This document shows, in pieces, positions 39,880-49,589 of a DNA stretch of 64,000 nt. The notes under the pieces are model-generated. The model made no database searches. It was not told where the DNA came from and saw only the letters and a list, made by a program, of their open reading frames with translations. Positions within the stretch are counted from its first letter, which is position 1. Each line of letters opens with the position of its first letter. Source of the DNA: Gammaproteobacteria bacterium (GTDB lineage: Bacteria; Pseudomonadota; Gammaproteobacteria; Ga0077536); assembly GCA_023257255.1 (NCBI GenBank), contig JALRCR010000003.1, positions 8,627 to 72,626 of the forward strand. The letters run 5' to 3'. The position numbers and the translations under genes were made by a program.

Positions 39880-41721
39880 CTAGAACTTGATGAAGTCGGA
39901 ATCGGACAAATCGTTCTCGACCAGACGAGCCCCGCCGGCAATGCGAGCGGCTGGTGCCGCGCGGCGCGCTGGCGGCACCGTGCGGGCCGAAGACAGCGAC
40001 CGCACGTCGGCCGATCCTCGTCCACCGGCGCGGCCTTCAAGCCGGAAAAATGCCATCAGGTCGCGCAGCTGGGCTGCTTTTCCATTCATCTCTTCAGCGG
40101 TCGCGGCCAACTCCTCCGCTGCCGAGGCGTTCTGCTGCGTGGCCTGATTGAGCTGGTTAATCGCGGAATTAATCTGCGTTGCGCCGGTCGCCTGCTCGCT
40201 CGAGGCGGCGGCGATTTCCTGGACGAGGTCGGAGGTCTTCTGAATTGCCGGCACAATTTCGACCAGCAGCGATCCCGCCCGCTCGGCGAGCTGGACGCTG
40301 TTGCTGGCCAGACCGCTGATTTCCTGTGCCGCCACCTGACTGCGTTCGGCAAGCTTGCGCACTTCGGCTGCGACCACCGCGAAGCCACGACCATGCTCAC
40401 CGGCCCGTGCGGCCTCGATCGCCGCGTTCAAGGCCAGCAGATTGGTCTGGTAGGCGATGTCATCGATGATGCCGATCTTTTGGGCGATGGTTTTCATGGC
40501 CTGCACGGTGTCGCGCACCGCGACGCCTCCTTCGGACGCCTCCTGCGCGGCCTTGCCCGCCATGCCGTCGGTGATCTTGGCGTTTTCGCTGTTCTGGTTG
40601 ATCGACGCCGCCATTTCCTCAATCGACGCGCTTGATTCCTCCACGCTGGCCGCCTGTTCGCTGGCTGCCTGGCTAATCGACTGCGCGGTAGCGCTGACCT
40701 GTTCGGCCGCGTTCAGGATGGCTTCGGTCGTGGTGCTGACTTCCGCAATCGTGGTTGATAGCCGGTCGACAGTGTCGTTGCAGGCGTCCTTCAAGGCGCC
40801 AAACGTGCCCTGATAGTCGGTCGTGATTTTTTCCGTCAGATCGCCGCTGGCCAGCGCTGACAGCACGCGCAGCACTTCGCTCAACCCGGTGTCGCAGGTC
40901 CCTACCAGCGCGTTGATGTTGTCGCAGAGTTGCTTGAAGAAGCCCTCCTTGTTCGACGAATCCAGCCGCCGGCCAAAGTCGCCGTCAGAGGCCGCGCTGA
41001 CCACGCCGGCCAGTTCCTTCTCCACCGCGACTTCTTCGGTGCGGTCTTTCCACTCGACCACGGCGCCTAGCCGTTCGCCTTTCTCATCAATGATTGGCGA
41101 CGCCGTCAAAGAGAAGGTCCGGCCGCCGACCACGATCTGCGCGCGATGCGCGGCCCGGAGCTGCCCGAGGAGATTGCGCTGGTGGGCCGGATTCTTGTGG
41201 AAGGTGTCGAAGTTAACGCCCAGCAAACGCTTGGCATCGAAGTGCGGCAGTTCTTTACGGATATCCGCTTCGGCGTTGACCAGCATGGCCCCGACCGAAT
41301 GATTCAGGTAGCGGATGATCCCGTCGCGGTCGGCAATCATCACGTTGGTCGTGACGTTGTCCAGCGCCTGTTTGATCCGCAGGTTCTCGGCCTGCTGGGC
41401 GCCGCCTGAGGCCATTCGCTCACGGATGTCGTCCATCGCCGCAGTGATAACCGCTTTGCGCCCGGGCAGGCGCTCGAACTCGAAGGTCAAATCGCCGCTG
41501 GTGTAGCGCTTGATCGCATCTACCACCTGCATCTTCACCGCGATATGAGATTCAACCAGGGTGTTCACGGCATCCGCAATTTTTTGCTGCGCGCCTTCCA
41601 GCCCGACCAGTGGAATCTTGTAGTCGATTGCGCCGGCCGTGTGCTCCTGCTGCAGGCGGGTCACCGCTGCAAGCAGTTGTTCCAACTGCCGTGCGCCCTT
41701 GTTCATGTCGAAAATACCCAT
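39880..41721 (-). CDS. Soluble PAS-HAMP chemoreceptor (Aer2/McpB-like, 34H-like)
   Basis: No TM segment; PAS with FHKNPAHQ and VVEW; [20 protein letters not shown]; C-terminal pentapeptide DFIKF. Confidence 0.88.
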   Translation of the reverse strand: MGIFDMNKGARQLEQLLAAVTRLQQEHTAGAIDYKIPLVGLEGAQQKIADAVNTLVESHIAVKMQVVDAIKRYTSGDLTFEFERLPGRKAVITAAMDDIRERMASGGAQQAENLRIKQALDNVTTNVMIADRDGIIRYLNHSVGAMLVNAEADIRKELPHFDAKRLLGVNFDTFHKNPAHQRNLLGQLRAAHRAQIVVGGRTFSLTASPIIDEKGERLGAVVEWKDRTEEVAVEKELAGVVSAASDGDFGRRLDSSNKEGFFKQLCDNINALVGTCDTGLSEVLRVLSALASGDLTEKITTDYQGTFGALKDACNDTVDRLSTTIAEVSTTTEAILNAAEQVSATAQSISQAASEQAASVEESSASIEEMAASINQNSENAKITDGMAGKAAQEASEGGVAVRDTVQAMKTIAQKIGIIDDIAYQTNLLALNAAIEAARAGEHGRGFAVVAAEVRKLAERSQVAAQEISGLASNSVQLAERAGSLLVEIVPAIQKTSDLVQEIAAASSEQATGATQINSAINQLNQATQQNASAAEELAATAEEMNGKAAQLRDLMAFFRLEGRAGGRGSADVRSLSSARTVPPARRAAPAARIAGGARLVENDLSDSDFIKF

Positions 41722-41756
41722 GACTGCCTACCTCCGGTTGATGTGGCTGGGCGGCA

Positions 41757-43973
41757 TCACGCCACCACGATGCCTGTTGGGCGTGCGCCTTCCACCCGTT
41801 TGATGAGTCCCGGCACATCGAGGATCAGCGCAACTTCGCCGCTACCCAGGATGGTCGAGCCACTAATGCCTTGCAGATAACTGAAGAGTTTTCCGAGCGG
41901 CTTGATAACCGTCTGGAGTTCACCCAGTAATTCATCGACGACCAGTCCCGCCTTAATCTGCCCAAAGCGGACTACTACAACATTCTCGCGGCGCGCCGCG
42001 CCTTCGCTGATGCCGAAGGCATCCCGCAGGCGCAGCACCGGCAGGACCTCGCCCCGCACGTTGATGAAGCCCTGCTCGCTCACGGCATGCCGATGGGCCT
42101 CGGAAAGCTCCATGCACTCCACCACCACATCCAGCGGCAGCACGTAACGCGCCGCGCCCAGCCCGACCATGAAGCCATCGATAATCGCCAGGGTCAGGGG
42201 CAGACGAATCAGCACGGTGGTTCCGGTGCCCTCTTCGCTCTGGATCTCTATCGTGCCGCGCAGCGCTTCGATGCTGCGTCGAACCACATCCATCCCCACC
42301 CCGCGCCCGGACAGATTCGACACTGCATCTGCGGTGGAAAAGCCCGCCTCGAAGATCAGTTGGCGAATTTCTTGGGGGGTCGGGTTCGCGCTGGCCGCCA
42401 GCAGCCCGCGCTCGATGGCCTTCCGGCGAATCTTTTCGACATTCAGCCCGGCGCCGTCGTCGCCCACCTCAATCACGATGCTGCCCGAGTCGTGGTAGGC
42501 GTTGAGCGAGACCTGCGCGCGCGCCGACTTACCGGCAGCGACTCGCGTCATGCCGGATTCGATCCCGTGGTCCATGGCATTGCGCACCAGATGCATCAGC
42601 GGGTCACCAATGCGCTCGACCACCGATTTATCAAGTTCGGTCTCGGCGCCGGAAATCGCCAGTTCGATGTCTTTGCCGAGTTCGCGACTGACGTCGCGAA
42701 CAACCCGCTGGAAGCGCTGGAAGGTCGCGCCGATCGCTACCATGCGCAGGCCCAGCGCGCTGTCGCGCACCTGCTCGACCAGGCGCAGCAGCGAGGCCGC
42801 GGACTCGACGACATCCGGAATACCGGCTTTGGCCGCGAGCGCCTGCGTACCTGAACCGGCGATCACCAGTTCGCCAACGATGTTGATCAACTGGTCGAGC
42901 TTGTCGGCGTCGATGCGGATCAGGCGACTGTCCTGTGCCTTCGCCTGTCGACTTTGCTGTTGACGTTCGACCGCCGCGTCGACCACCGCAGCCGGTACCG
43001 CCGAGTCTTCGACCAGAATCTGGCCGAGGGGCCGCTCGTCGCTCGCGCTTGCCTGTTTGGCCAGGGCCGTGCTGAGTTCGGACGCAGCCACCGCGTGTAC
43101 CGCGCTCAAGACTTCGCCCAGACGCCCCGTGCTTTCAGGCAGGGCGTCGATAGCTTTCAACTGTGCGTCGACGACCTGCGTGGGCGGCGCGATGCGCACG
43201 ACGCAGTCGTCACGCACAAAATCAAAGACGGCCTCAATGGCGGTCCGGTCGGCGCTGCTGTCCAGTTCTATTTCAAGGTCGACATAGCAGGACTCCGGGT
43301 CCATTTCGGCCAACGGCGGCAGCCGGTCCCAGCCCGTCGCCACGCTGTGCACATCTCCCAGCGTGGCGAGATAGCGCACGAACGACATGGGGTCCATGCC
43401 ATTGCGCAGCACGTCCGTACCGAACTGCAGGGAAATGCGCCAGTACCGGGTGATCGGACTGGCCGACTCGTCCGCAGCGTCGCTGTGCAGGAACACCGCC
43501 AGGTCGTCGGCCAGCGATCCATGTTTTGGGGCGGCGGACGTAGCGGCGCCCGAGGCTGGCTTGCCCGCGGGGGCAGCGACCGGCCCGCCCAGCATCGCCG
43601 CTAGTTCAGCCACCAGCGCAGTGCCACGCGCCTGAAGCTCGCCACTCAGCGGCTCTTCGGCAACCGAGGGCGCAATCATCGACTGAATATGATCGCCGCT
43701 CCGCAGAAGCAGCGCTGACAAGCTGCTGCTGAAGGGCAACTCGCCGGCGCGCAACTTGTCGAGCAGGTTCTCCAGATGGTGCGTGAACGACACCATCTGG
43801 TCGAAGCCGAACATGCCGGCGGATCCTTTGATGGTGTGGGCAGCGCGAAACACCGCATCAAGCAGTTCCCGATCGTCCGGCTGGTCTTCAAGCGCCAGCA
43901 GCGACTGCTCCATTTGTTCGAGCAGTTCGCGGCATTCGGCAACGAAGGTATCGAGTGCGGGATTCAGATCCAT
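41757..43973 (-). CDS. cheA: Chemotaxis histidine kinase
   Basis: FRAAHTIKG P1, HLVRNAMDHG, DDGAG, GFST, SGRGVGMDVV, LPLTLAII; start MDLNP at 43973. Confidence 0.95.
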   Translation of the reverse strand: MDLNPALDTFVAECRELLEQMEQSLLALEDQPDDRELLDAVFRAAHTIKGSAGMFGFDQMVSFTHHLENLLDKLRAGELPFSSSLSALLLRSGDHIQSMIAPSVAEEPLSGELQARGTALVAELAAMLGGPVAAPAGKPASGAATSAAPKHGSLADDLAVFLHSDAADESASPITRYWRISLQFGTDVLRNGMDPMSFVRYLATLGDVHSVATGWDRLPPLAEMDPESCYVDLEIELDSSADRTAIEAVFDFVRDDCVVRIAPPTQVVDAQLKAIDALPESTGRLGEVLSAVHAVAASELSTALAKQASASDERPLGQILVEDSAVPAAVVDAAVERQQQSRQAKAQDSRLIRIDADKLDQLINIVGELVIAGSGTQALAAKAGIPDVVESAASLLRLVEQVRDSALGLRMVAIGATFQRFQRVVRDVSRELGKDIELAISGAETELDKSVVERIGDPLMHLVRNAMDHGIESGMTRVAAGKSARAQVSLNAYHDSGSIVIEVGDDGAGLNVEKIRRKAIERGLLAASANPTPQEIRQLIFEAGFSTADAVSNLSGRGVGMDVVRRSIEALRGTIEIQSEEGTGTTVLIRLPLTLAIIDGFMVGLGAARYVLPLDVVVECMELSEAHRHAVSEQGFINVRGEVLPVLRLRDAFGISEGAARRENVVVVRFGQIKAGLVVDELLGELQTVIKPLGKLFSYLQGISGSTILGSGEVALILDVPGLIKRVEGARPTGIVVA

Positions 43974-43992
43974 GGCGTGGAAACTCCGGATC

Positions 43993-44268
43993 TCAGGCTT
44001 GAAAAAGCTTGCGCAGCCCAAGCAGCGCGAGGGTCTCGTCGACCGCCGGACTGCTCGCGGCCAGCCGGAGCGGCCGCCCGGAATGCACACATTCGCGATG
44101 CAAGAGCAGCAACTGCTGCACGCCCGCCGTGTCGAGTTCGCTGACGTCCGAGAGGTCCAGACTCAAGGCGCTACCGCCCTCCAGCAAGGCCTGCTGTACC
44201 GCCTGCTGGGTCTCCGCGGCGGCGTAGATATTCAGCTCGCCGCTCAGCTTGAGATTGGTGATGTTCAT
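43993..44268 (-). CDS. STAS domain protein (anti-anti-sigma-like)
   Basis: LSGELNIY, LDLSDVSELDTAGVQ.L. Confidence 0.85.
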   Translation of the reverse strand: MNITNLKLSGELNIYAAAETQQAVQQALLEGGSALSLDLSDVSELDTAGVQQLLLLHRECVHSGRPLRLAASSPAVDETLALLGLRKLFQA

Positions 44269-44302
44269 AGGGTCTGGATTCCGGCCGCGGCGCGCACTGG
44301 GT

Positions 44303-44671
44303 TCAGGGCAGAACGAGCTTGGCCACGGCGGCCAGCATCTGCTCGGGCTTGAAGGGCTTGACGACCCACGCCTTGGCGCCGGCTGCCTGCCCTTCCTGCT
44401 TTTTGTCTTCCTGGCTCTCGGTGGTGAGCATGATGATTGGCGTGAACTTGTAGTTAGGCAGTTGCTTCACCGCTTTCACAAACTCGATGCCGTTCATGTT
44501 GGGCATGTTCACGTCACTGATGATGAGGTGAATCTTCTGCCCGCTCAGTTTGCCCAGCGCGTCCTTGCCGTCGCAGGCTTCCAGCACGTCGTAGCCGCCG
44601 CCCTTCAGCGCAATGGCCACGACCTGCCGCAAGGAGGCTGAGTCGTCCACAATCAGAATTGTCTTTGCCAT
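44303..44671 (-). CDS. cheY: Single-domain response regulator CheY
   Basis: IVDDS, SDVNMP, MLTTES, KPF; position in che operon. Confidence 0.92.
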   Translation of the reverse strand: MAKTILIVDDSASLRQVVAIALKGGGYDVLEACDGKDALGKLSGQKIHLIISDVNMPNMNGIEFVKAVKQLPNYKFTPIIMLTTESQEDKKQEGQAAGAKAWVVKPFKPEQMLAAVAKLVLP

Positions 44672-44680
44672 ACCGGTTCC

Positions 44681-45859
44681 TCAGAAAAACGTGATGTCGT
44701 CGGCGCCGCCCTGACCGCCGCCCGGGACGCCCGAGGCGCTCGCACTGCGCTCCTCGGTCATCGTGTAGGAGCGCTCCATCTTTTCGAGCAAGCGGGTGAT
44801 GGCCGTCACGTCCGGCGACTGGCCAGAGGCCAGCTGGTCGCGCAGGTTCATCAGGCTGTCGGTCACATGCATCAGGAGCTGGTTGATGCGATCCTGGAAT
44901 TGCAGCTGTTCGAGCGCGCCGGAGACCGCGCTGGTGATGGCCGCGCTTTCGGTGCGTAGCACGTCCGCCGATTGGGTCAGCCCCTGCATGGCCTGCTGGA
45001 ACTCATTGACCACGCCCGAGAGCTGGGTTTCGCAATCGATGCGCGCCTGACTGTCGCGCGTCGCCGCCGCCTCGATGAGGTCGGAAGAATCCTTGATGCT
45101 GCGGTTCACCGCGTCGATTTTCTGGCTAATGTTTTTGCCGATGGCGCCCGAGCGCGTGGACAGCGTGCGCACTTCGTCGGCCACCACCGCGAAGCCCCGA
45201 CCGGCCTCACCGGCGCGCGCCGCTTCAATCGCCGCGTTCAGCGCAAGCAGGTTGGTCTGGTCGGCGATGCTGGCGACGTCGGCCGCCATCTTTTGCAGTT
45301 CGACGGTGAACTGCACCAGCCGCTGGCTTTCTTCCAGCATGTGCTGTTTTTCGGACAGGGTGGTGTCGAGAATTTGTCCGACCAGGTTCAGCCGCCGCTC
45401 GCTGTTGTTAACGACCTGTCGCAACCCTTCCCCGGACGCGCCCTGCTCCACGCCAGCCACCCGGTACGACGCGCTGACCGCATCGTTCAAGCGATCGACG
45501 ATGCCGGCGAAGTCATGCGTGAGGTTGACCACTGCGCCTTCCAGCTGCTGCCGGGCCGTGCCGATGTGGCGCACCCACACGGGCACCACGTCGCTACCGA
45601 GCACCGCCAGCGCCGACTGCTGGCGCTGGTTCAATGCGGCAAGTTCCTGCTGATGCGTTGCCGAGAGGCGTTCAACGGCGGCTTTACTCAGTGCGCTTGC
45701 CAGCGCTTGCGCGCGCTGGTCCAGCACCAGGCCCACCACCACCAGCACCGCCGCAGCGGCATAGCTTGCGATGCCTGCCGGCGCCCAGACTACGGCCGCA
45801 GCGCCGATTACCGCGAGAGGCGTAGTCCCCCAGGACCACATGCTTGATTCCGTTTTCAT
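44681..45859 (-). CDS. Atypical membrane chemoreceptor (McpA-like) with CheZ-like C-terminal motif
   Basis: Two N-terminal TM helices without sensor domain, [29 protein letters not shown], terminal DDITFF. Confidence 0.85.
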   Translation of the reverse strand: MKTESSMWSWGTTPLAVIGAAAVVWAPAGIASYAAAAVLVVVGLVLDQRAQALASALSKAAVERLSATHQQELAALNQRQQSALAVLGSDVVPVWVRHIGTARQQLEGAVVNLTHDFAGIVDRLNDAVSASYRVAGVEQGASGEGLRQVVNNSERRLNLVGQILDTTLSEKQHMLEESQRLVQFTVELQKMAADVASIADQTNLLALNAAIEAARAGEAGRGFAVVADEVRTLSTRSGAIGKNISQKIDAVNRSIKDSSDLIEAAATRDSQARIDCETQLSGVVNEFQQAMQGLTQSADVLRTESAAITSAVSGALEQLQFQDRINQLLMHVTDSLMNLRDQLASGQSPDVTAITRLLEKMERSYTMTEERSASASGVPGGGQGGADDITFF

Positions 45860-45944
45860 ATCTCTTCCGCGCTCAGATTGCTGTGTATCGGGAGGGCGCG
45901 GTGTAAACGCCGCAGCTGGCAAAGCCGGCCCCCGTGTGGGAGAG

Positions 45945-45971
45945 CTATCGACAAGCCAATGAGCGACTTGA
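45945..45971 (-). promoter_or_regulatory. Sigma-28 (FliA)-type promoter of the chemosensory operon
   Basis: Minus strand TCAAG-N14-GTCGATAG, about 85 nt upstream of the first che gene. Confidence 0.7.
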
Positions 45972-46035
45972 GCGGTTTCTTTGCAGAAACCTCCGGAAAA
46001 CCCGGGCTAAAGTCCGGGGCGAAGCGGCCGGGCGG

Positions 46036-46059
46036 GCTGGCGCCGGGGGTGGCGCCAGC
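46036..46059. terminator. GC-rich hairpin downstream of the MFS gene
   Basis: gctggcgcc-gggggt-ggcgccagc. Confidence 0.45.
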
Positions 46060-46069
46060 GGCTTTTTGC

Positions 46070-47320
46070 CTAATCCACAACCTTGCGAGCAGTCGCAAAG
46101 AGCAGCCACACCAGCGCGCCAAAAATGTTGACGCAGGCGGCCAGTACGAAGGCCGAGGTGTAGGTGCCGCTGGCATCCACCAGCGCCCCCGTGACGGTCA
46201 CCCCAATCACACCCGGCAAGGTGCCGGCAGTGTTGGTGATGCCCATCAGCACATCGGCGTAGCGGGGCGCGATGTCGAGGTGATTGGAGACAAAACCGCC
46301 CCAGGTCATGGCCAGCGCGCCGAGCGCGCCGCACATCAGGGCAAGCGCGGTGTCGGGCGAGGTGACCGCGCGGGCTTGCCACATGAAAAATGCGGCGCCC
46401 AGCAGACCGGTAATTTGCATGAACTTGCGTACAAAGGTGGCGTCGGTGCCGCCACGGATCCAGCGGTCGGCCAGCCAGCCGCTGGCCACACCGCACACCA
46501 GCATCGCCAGCCAGGGCGCCGCGGCATAGAGCCCGGCGCTCTGAATGCTAAGCCCCAGACCTTTGCGGAAATAGCTCGGCAACCACGCCAGCAACATGTA
46601 GAGAATCCAGTTACTGCACAGGTGATTGATGATCAGAGCCCAGACCGGCGCCGAGGTCAGCAACTGCCGCCACGGCACTGGCGGCCGGTCCTTGGCGCTG
46701 CGCGGCGCGACTTCGGGCAGCAGGCTGCGCTCTGCCGGGGTCATGCGCGGGTTGTCATCCGGATAGTCGTAGCTGTGGCGATTCCACAGCAGACACCACG
46801 CCAGCCCAATCAGACCGAACAGATAGAACACCGAGGGCCAACCCAGATGCGATACCAGCACGCCGCTGCTCATCAGCGCAAACAAGGTGCCTAGCGGAAC
46901 GCCACCGATCATCAAGGCAACGGCACGCGAGCGTTCCGCGGCCGGCACCCAGCGGCTGTAGAGGTTGTAGACGGCCGGAAACATTGCCGCTTCGCCAGCG
47001 CCCATCGCGATTCGTGCCGCGATCAGCAGGGCAAAGGAGACCCCGGCCGCAAGCGGCGTGAGCATGGTGAAGATCGACCACCAAAGCACCGCGAGCCCGA
47101 GCACGCGTTTGCCACCAAAGCGATTAGCCGCCCAGCCGCTAGGCACCATGAACAGCAAATAGCCGACAAAGAACGAGGACAACACGATGCCCTTCACGGT
47201 CTCGCTCCAGCCGTAATGCTCCTGCATGGCCAGCGCCGCCACCGAAATATTTACCCGGTCGATGTAACTGACAAAACTCGCGGCCACGCATAGCGCAACC
47301 AGCTTGTGGCGTTCCTGCAT
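46070..47320 (-). CDS. MFS transporter, anion:cation symporter (ACS) family
   Basis: SYIDRVNISVA, SSFFVGY, GW.ANRFGGKR, ARIAMGAGE, WLPSYF, DIAPRYA, GITNTAG. Confidence 0.9.
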   Translation of the reverse strand: MQERHKLVALCVAASFVSYIDRVNISVAALAMQEHYGWSETVKGIVLSSFFVGYLLFMVPSGWAANRFGGKRVLGLAVLWWSIFTMLTPLAAGVSFALLIAARIAMGAGEAAMFPAVYNLYSRWVPAAERSRAVALMIGGVPLGTLFALMSSGVLVSHLGWPSVFYLFGLIGLAWCLLWNRHSYDYPDDNPRMTPAERSLLPEVAPRSAKDRPPVPWRQLLTSAPVWALIINHLCSNWILYMLLAWLPSYFRKGLGLSIQSAGLYAAAPWLAMLVCGVASGWLADRWIRGGTDATFVRKFMQITGLLGAAFFMWQARAVTSPDTALALMCGALGALAMTWGGFVSNHLDIAPRYADVLMGITNTAGTLPGVIGVTVTGALVDASGTYTSAFVLAACVNIFGALVWLLFATARKVVD

Positions 47321-47526
47321 GATGACTCCCCCGGTCGAGAACACGTTCGTGATGTTTTTTTTCGTGTACGCGGCGTCTGCGCGCCGCGCCCCCTGCGCCG
47401 CATTGTTGCCCTTCCCCATCCGGATTACAGCCCGCTACGCGGCAGCGCCGGCGCGGGTTACATTCCGTAGTCCGCGCGCGCCTTCAGGCGTGCGTTCACC
47501 GTCGCCCCATCGCGCAGGAGTTGCCC

Positions 47527-48429
47527 ATGGCCGAGATTCTGTTTCACCACTATCCCTTGTCCCCCTTCTCCGAGAAGGTCCGCCGGGTGCTGGCCTACAA
47601 GCAGCTGCCATGGCGCGCGGTGGAGCAGCCGATCATGGCGCCCAAGCCCGAGTTGACCCCGCTGACCGGCGGCTATCGCCGAATCCCGGTGCTCCAGATT
47701 GGCGCCGATATCTACTGCGACACGGCGCTGATCCTGCGGGTCCTTGAACAGCGCCACCCCACGCCTGCCTGCCTGCCCGCCCCGCTCGCGGGCGCCGTCA
47801 GCCTGCTGGAAGACTGGGCCGACCATCGCCTCTTCATGCAGACGGTGCCGCCCACGATCGTGCGGCTGCTCGACCAGTTGCCGCCGGCGTTTTTCGCCGA
47901 TCGGGCGGCCATGACACCGGCCTTTACCTGCGAATCCCTGATCGCCGGCGCCCCGCATGCGCTCAGTCAGGCGCTGATTTCGCTGGACCGGCTGGAAACC
48001 CAGTTACGGCAGACGCCCTTTGTGCTGGGCGACACCTTCACGCTGGCCGACGCGGCCTGCTTCCATCCAGTGTGGTTCATGCAGCACGGCGGCGATTTGT
48101 TCGACGTGGTGCGGGCGCGCCCTGCACTCGCAGCGTGGTTCGACCGCATCGCGGCGTTCGGGCCAGGCATGGAGACAATGGCGGCCGGCGAGGCACTGGC
48201 CGTGGCGCGTGCAGCGCAGCCGGCCGACGTGCTCGGCGGCCACGCCGACCGCGACTATCCGGTCGGCGACGAGGTCAGCATCGTGCCGGACGACTACGGA
48301 CTGGAGGAAACCCGCGGTCGCGTGGCGCGGGTCAGTGCGGACGAGATTGTGGTCTTACGCGCCGACCCCGAAGTCGGCGACATCGCCGTGCACTACCCGC
48401 GCGCCGGTTACCGCATCAGCCGCGTCTGA
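47527..48429 (+). CDS. Glutathione S-transferase family protein
   Basis: SPFSEKVR, TGGYRRIPVLQIGADIYCDT, TLAD; AGGAG RBS. Confidence 0.88.
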   Translation: MAEILFHHYPLSPFSEKVRRVLAYKQLPWRAVEQPIMAPKPELTPLTGGYRRIPVLQIGADIYCDTALILRVLEQRHPTPACLPAPLAGAVSLLEDWADHRLFMQTVPPTIVRLLDQLPPAFFADRAAMTPAFTCESLIAGAPHALSQALISLDRLETQLRQTPFVLGDTFTLADAACFHPVWFMQHGGDLFDVVRARPALAAWFDRIAAFGPGMETMAAGEALAVARAAQPADVLGGHADRDYPVGDEVSIVPDDYGLEETRGRVARVSADEIVVLRADPEVGDIAVHYPRAGYRISRV

Positions 48430-48443
48430 GGGTTTGCGGCGGC

Positions 48444-49451
48444 TCAGGCCGCGGCCGGCTGCGACAGCGTCGCGCGTACGTCCATGGCGAGCTCAAAACT
48501 GCGCAGCCTGGCGCGATGCTCAAAGAGCGACGCGGTGACCATCAATTCGTCAACGCCGGTCATGGCCAGAAAGTCGGCGAGCTTGGCCCGCACGCTGGCG
48601 GGTGAGCCGACACAGGCGTAGCGCAGCGTGTGGTCCACCCCGGCCTGCTCCTGCGGCGTCCAGTAGTCGTGCATGGTCTCGCGCGGCGGCTGCAACTGCA
48701 GCGGCGTGCCGCGATACAGATTGGCAAACTGCTGCTGGATAGAGCTGAACAGGCGCTCGGCCTCGCGGTCGGTATCTGCCACCACCACATTGACCACCGC
48801 CATGGCGTGCGGGCGGGCCAGCGTGGCCGAGGGCTGGAAGCGTGCGCGGTAGATCTGCAGCGCCTGCAGCAGCGCATCCGGCGCGAAGTGCGAGGCGAAA
48901 CCAAACGGCAGCCCATAGGCCGCCGCCACCTGCGCGCCGAAGAGGCTGGAGCCAAGGATCCACAGCGGTACCTCGAGCCCGGTCCCCGGCACGGCGAACA
49001 CCGTCTGCCCCGGCTGCGCGGGCCCGAACAGGGCCTGCAGTTCCAGTACGTCCTGCGGGAAATGGTCTGCGTTGCTGCTCAGGTCGCGGCGCAGGGCCCG
49101 TGCCGTGCGCTGGTCCGATCCCGGGGCGCGTCCCAGCGCCAAATCAATACGCCCGGGGAACAGCGACTCCAGCGTGCCGAACTGTTCGGCGATCACCAAC
49201 GGCGAGTGGTTGGGCAGCATGATGCCGCCCGCCCCCACCCGGATGCGCTCGGTGCCGGCGGCCACGTGCCCGATCACGACGGAGGTCGCGGCGCTGGCGA
49301 TACCGGGAATGTTGTGATGTTCCGCCAGCCAGTAACGCGTATAGCCCCAGCGTTCGGCGTGACGCGCCAGATCCAGCGTGTTGCGGAAGCTGGTAGCCGC
49401 CGTATGACCGGCCGGAATGGGCGAGAGATCCAGCACCGAGAAAGGAATCAT
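48444..49451 (-). CDS. Luciferase-like monooxygenase, YhbW type
   Basis: [47 protein letters not shown]. Confidence 0.9.
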   Translation of the reverse strand: MIPFSVLDLSPIPAGHTAATSFRNTLDLARHAERWGYTRYWLAEHHNIPGIASAATSVVIGHVAAGTERIRVGAGGIMLPNHSPLVIAEQFGTLESLFPGRIDLALGRAPGSDQRTARALRRDLSSNADHFPQDVLELQALFGPAQPGQTVFAVPGTGLEVPLWILGSSLFGAQVAAAYGLPFGFASHFAPDALLQALQIYRARFQPSATLARPHAMAVVNVVVADTDREAERLFSSIQQQFANLYRGTPLQLQPPRETMHDYWTPQEQAGVDHTLRYACVGSPASVRAKLADFLAMTGVDELMVTASLFEHRARLRSFELAMDVRATLSQPAAA

Positions 49452-49589
49452 CTTGGCCTCGTAGAGCGAGTGGGAGCTGGGTGGATTATGGCCGCTGTTG
49501 GGCGCGCCGTCTCATCCGGTAATCGCGGTAGCGAGCCACAGCCTCTAAGCTCTCGCTCCGCTTTGATGTTCTGGTACAGGAGTCTCCGC

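Noticed and set aside
46008-46067. Plus-strand TAAAG-N14-GCCG followed by hairpin and T-run as a small RNA
   Set aside because: The -10 box lacks ATAA and the implied transcript would be only about 30 nt; insufficient support
48630-49589. N-terminal extension making a 687-aa LLM fusion
   Set aside because: The extension is antisense to the YhbW-type gene; LLM homology starts near 49590
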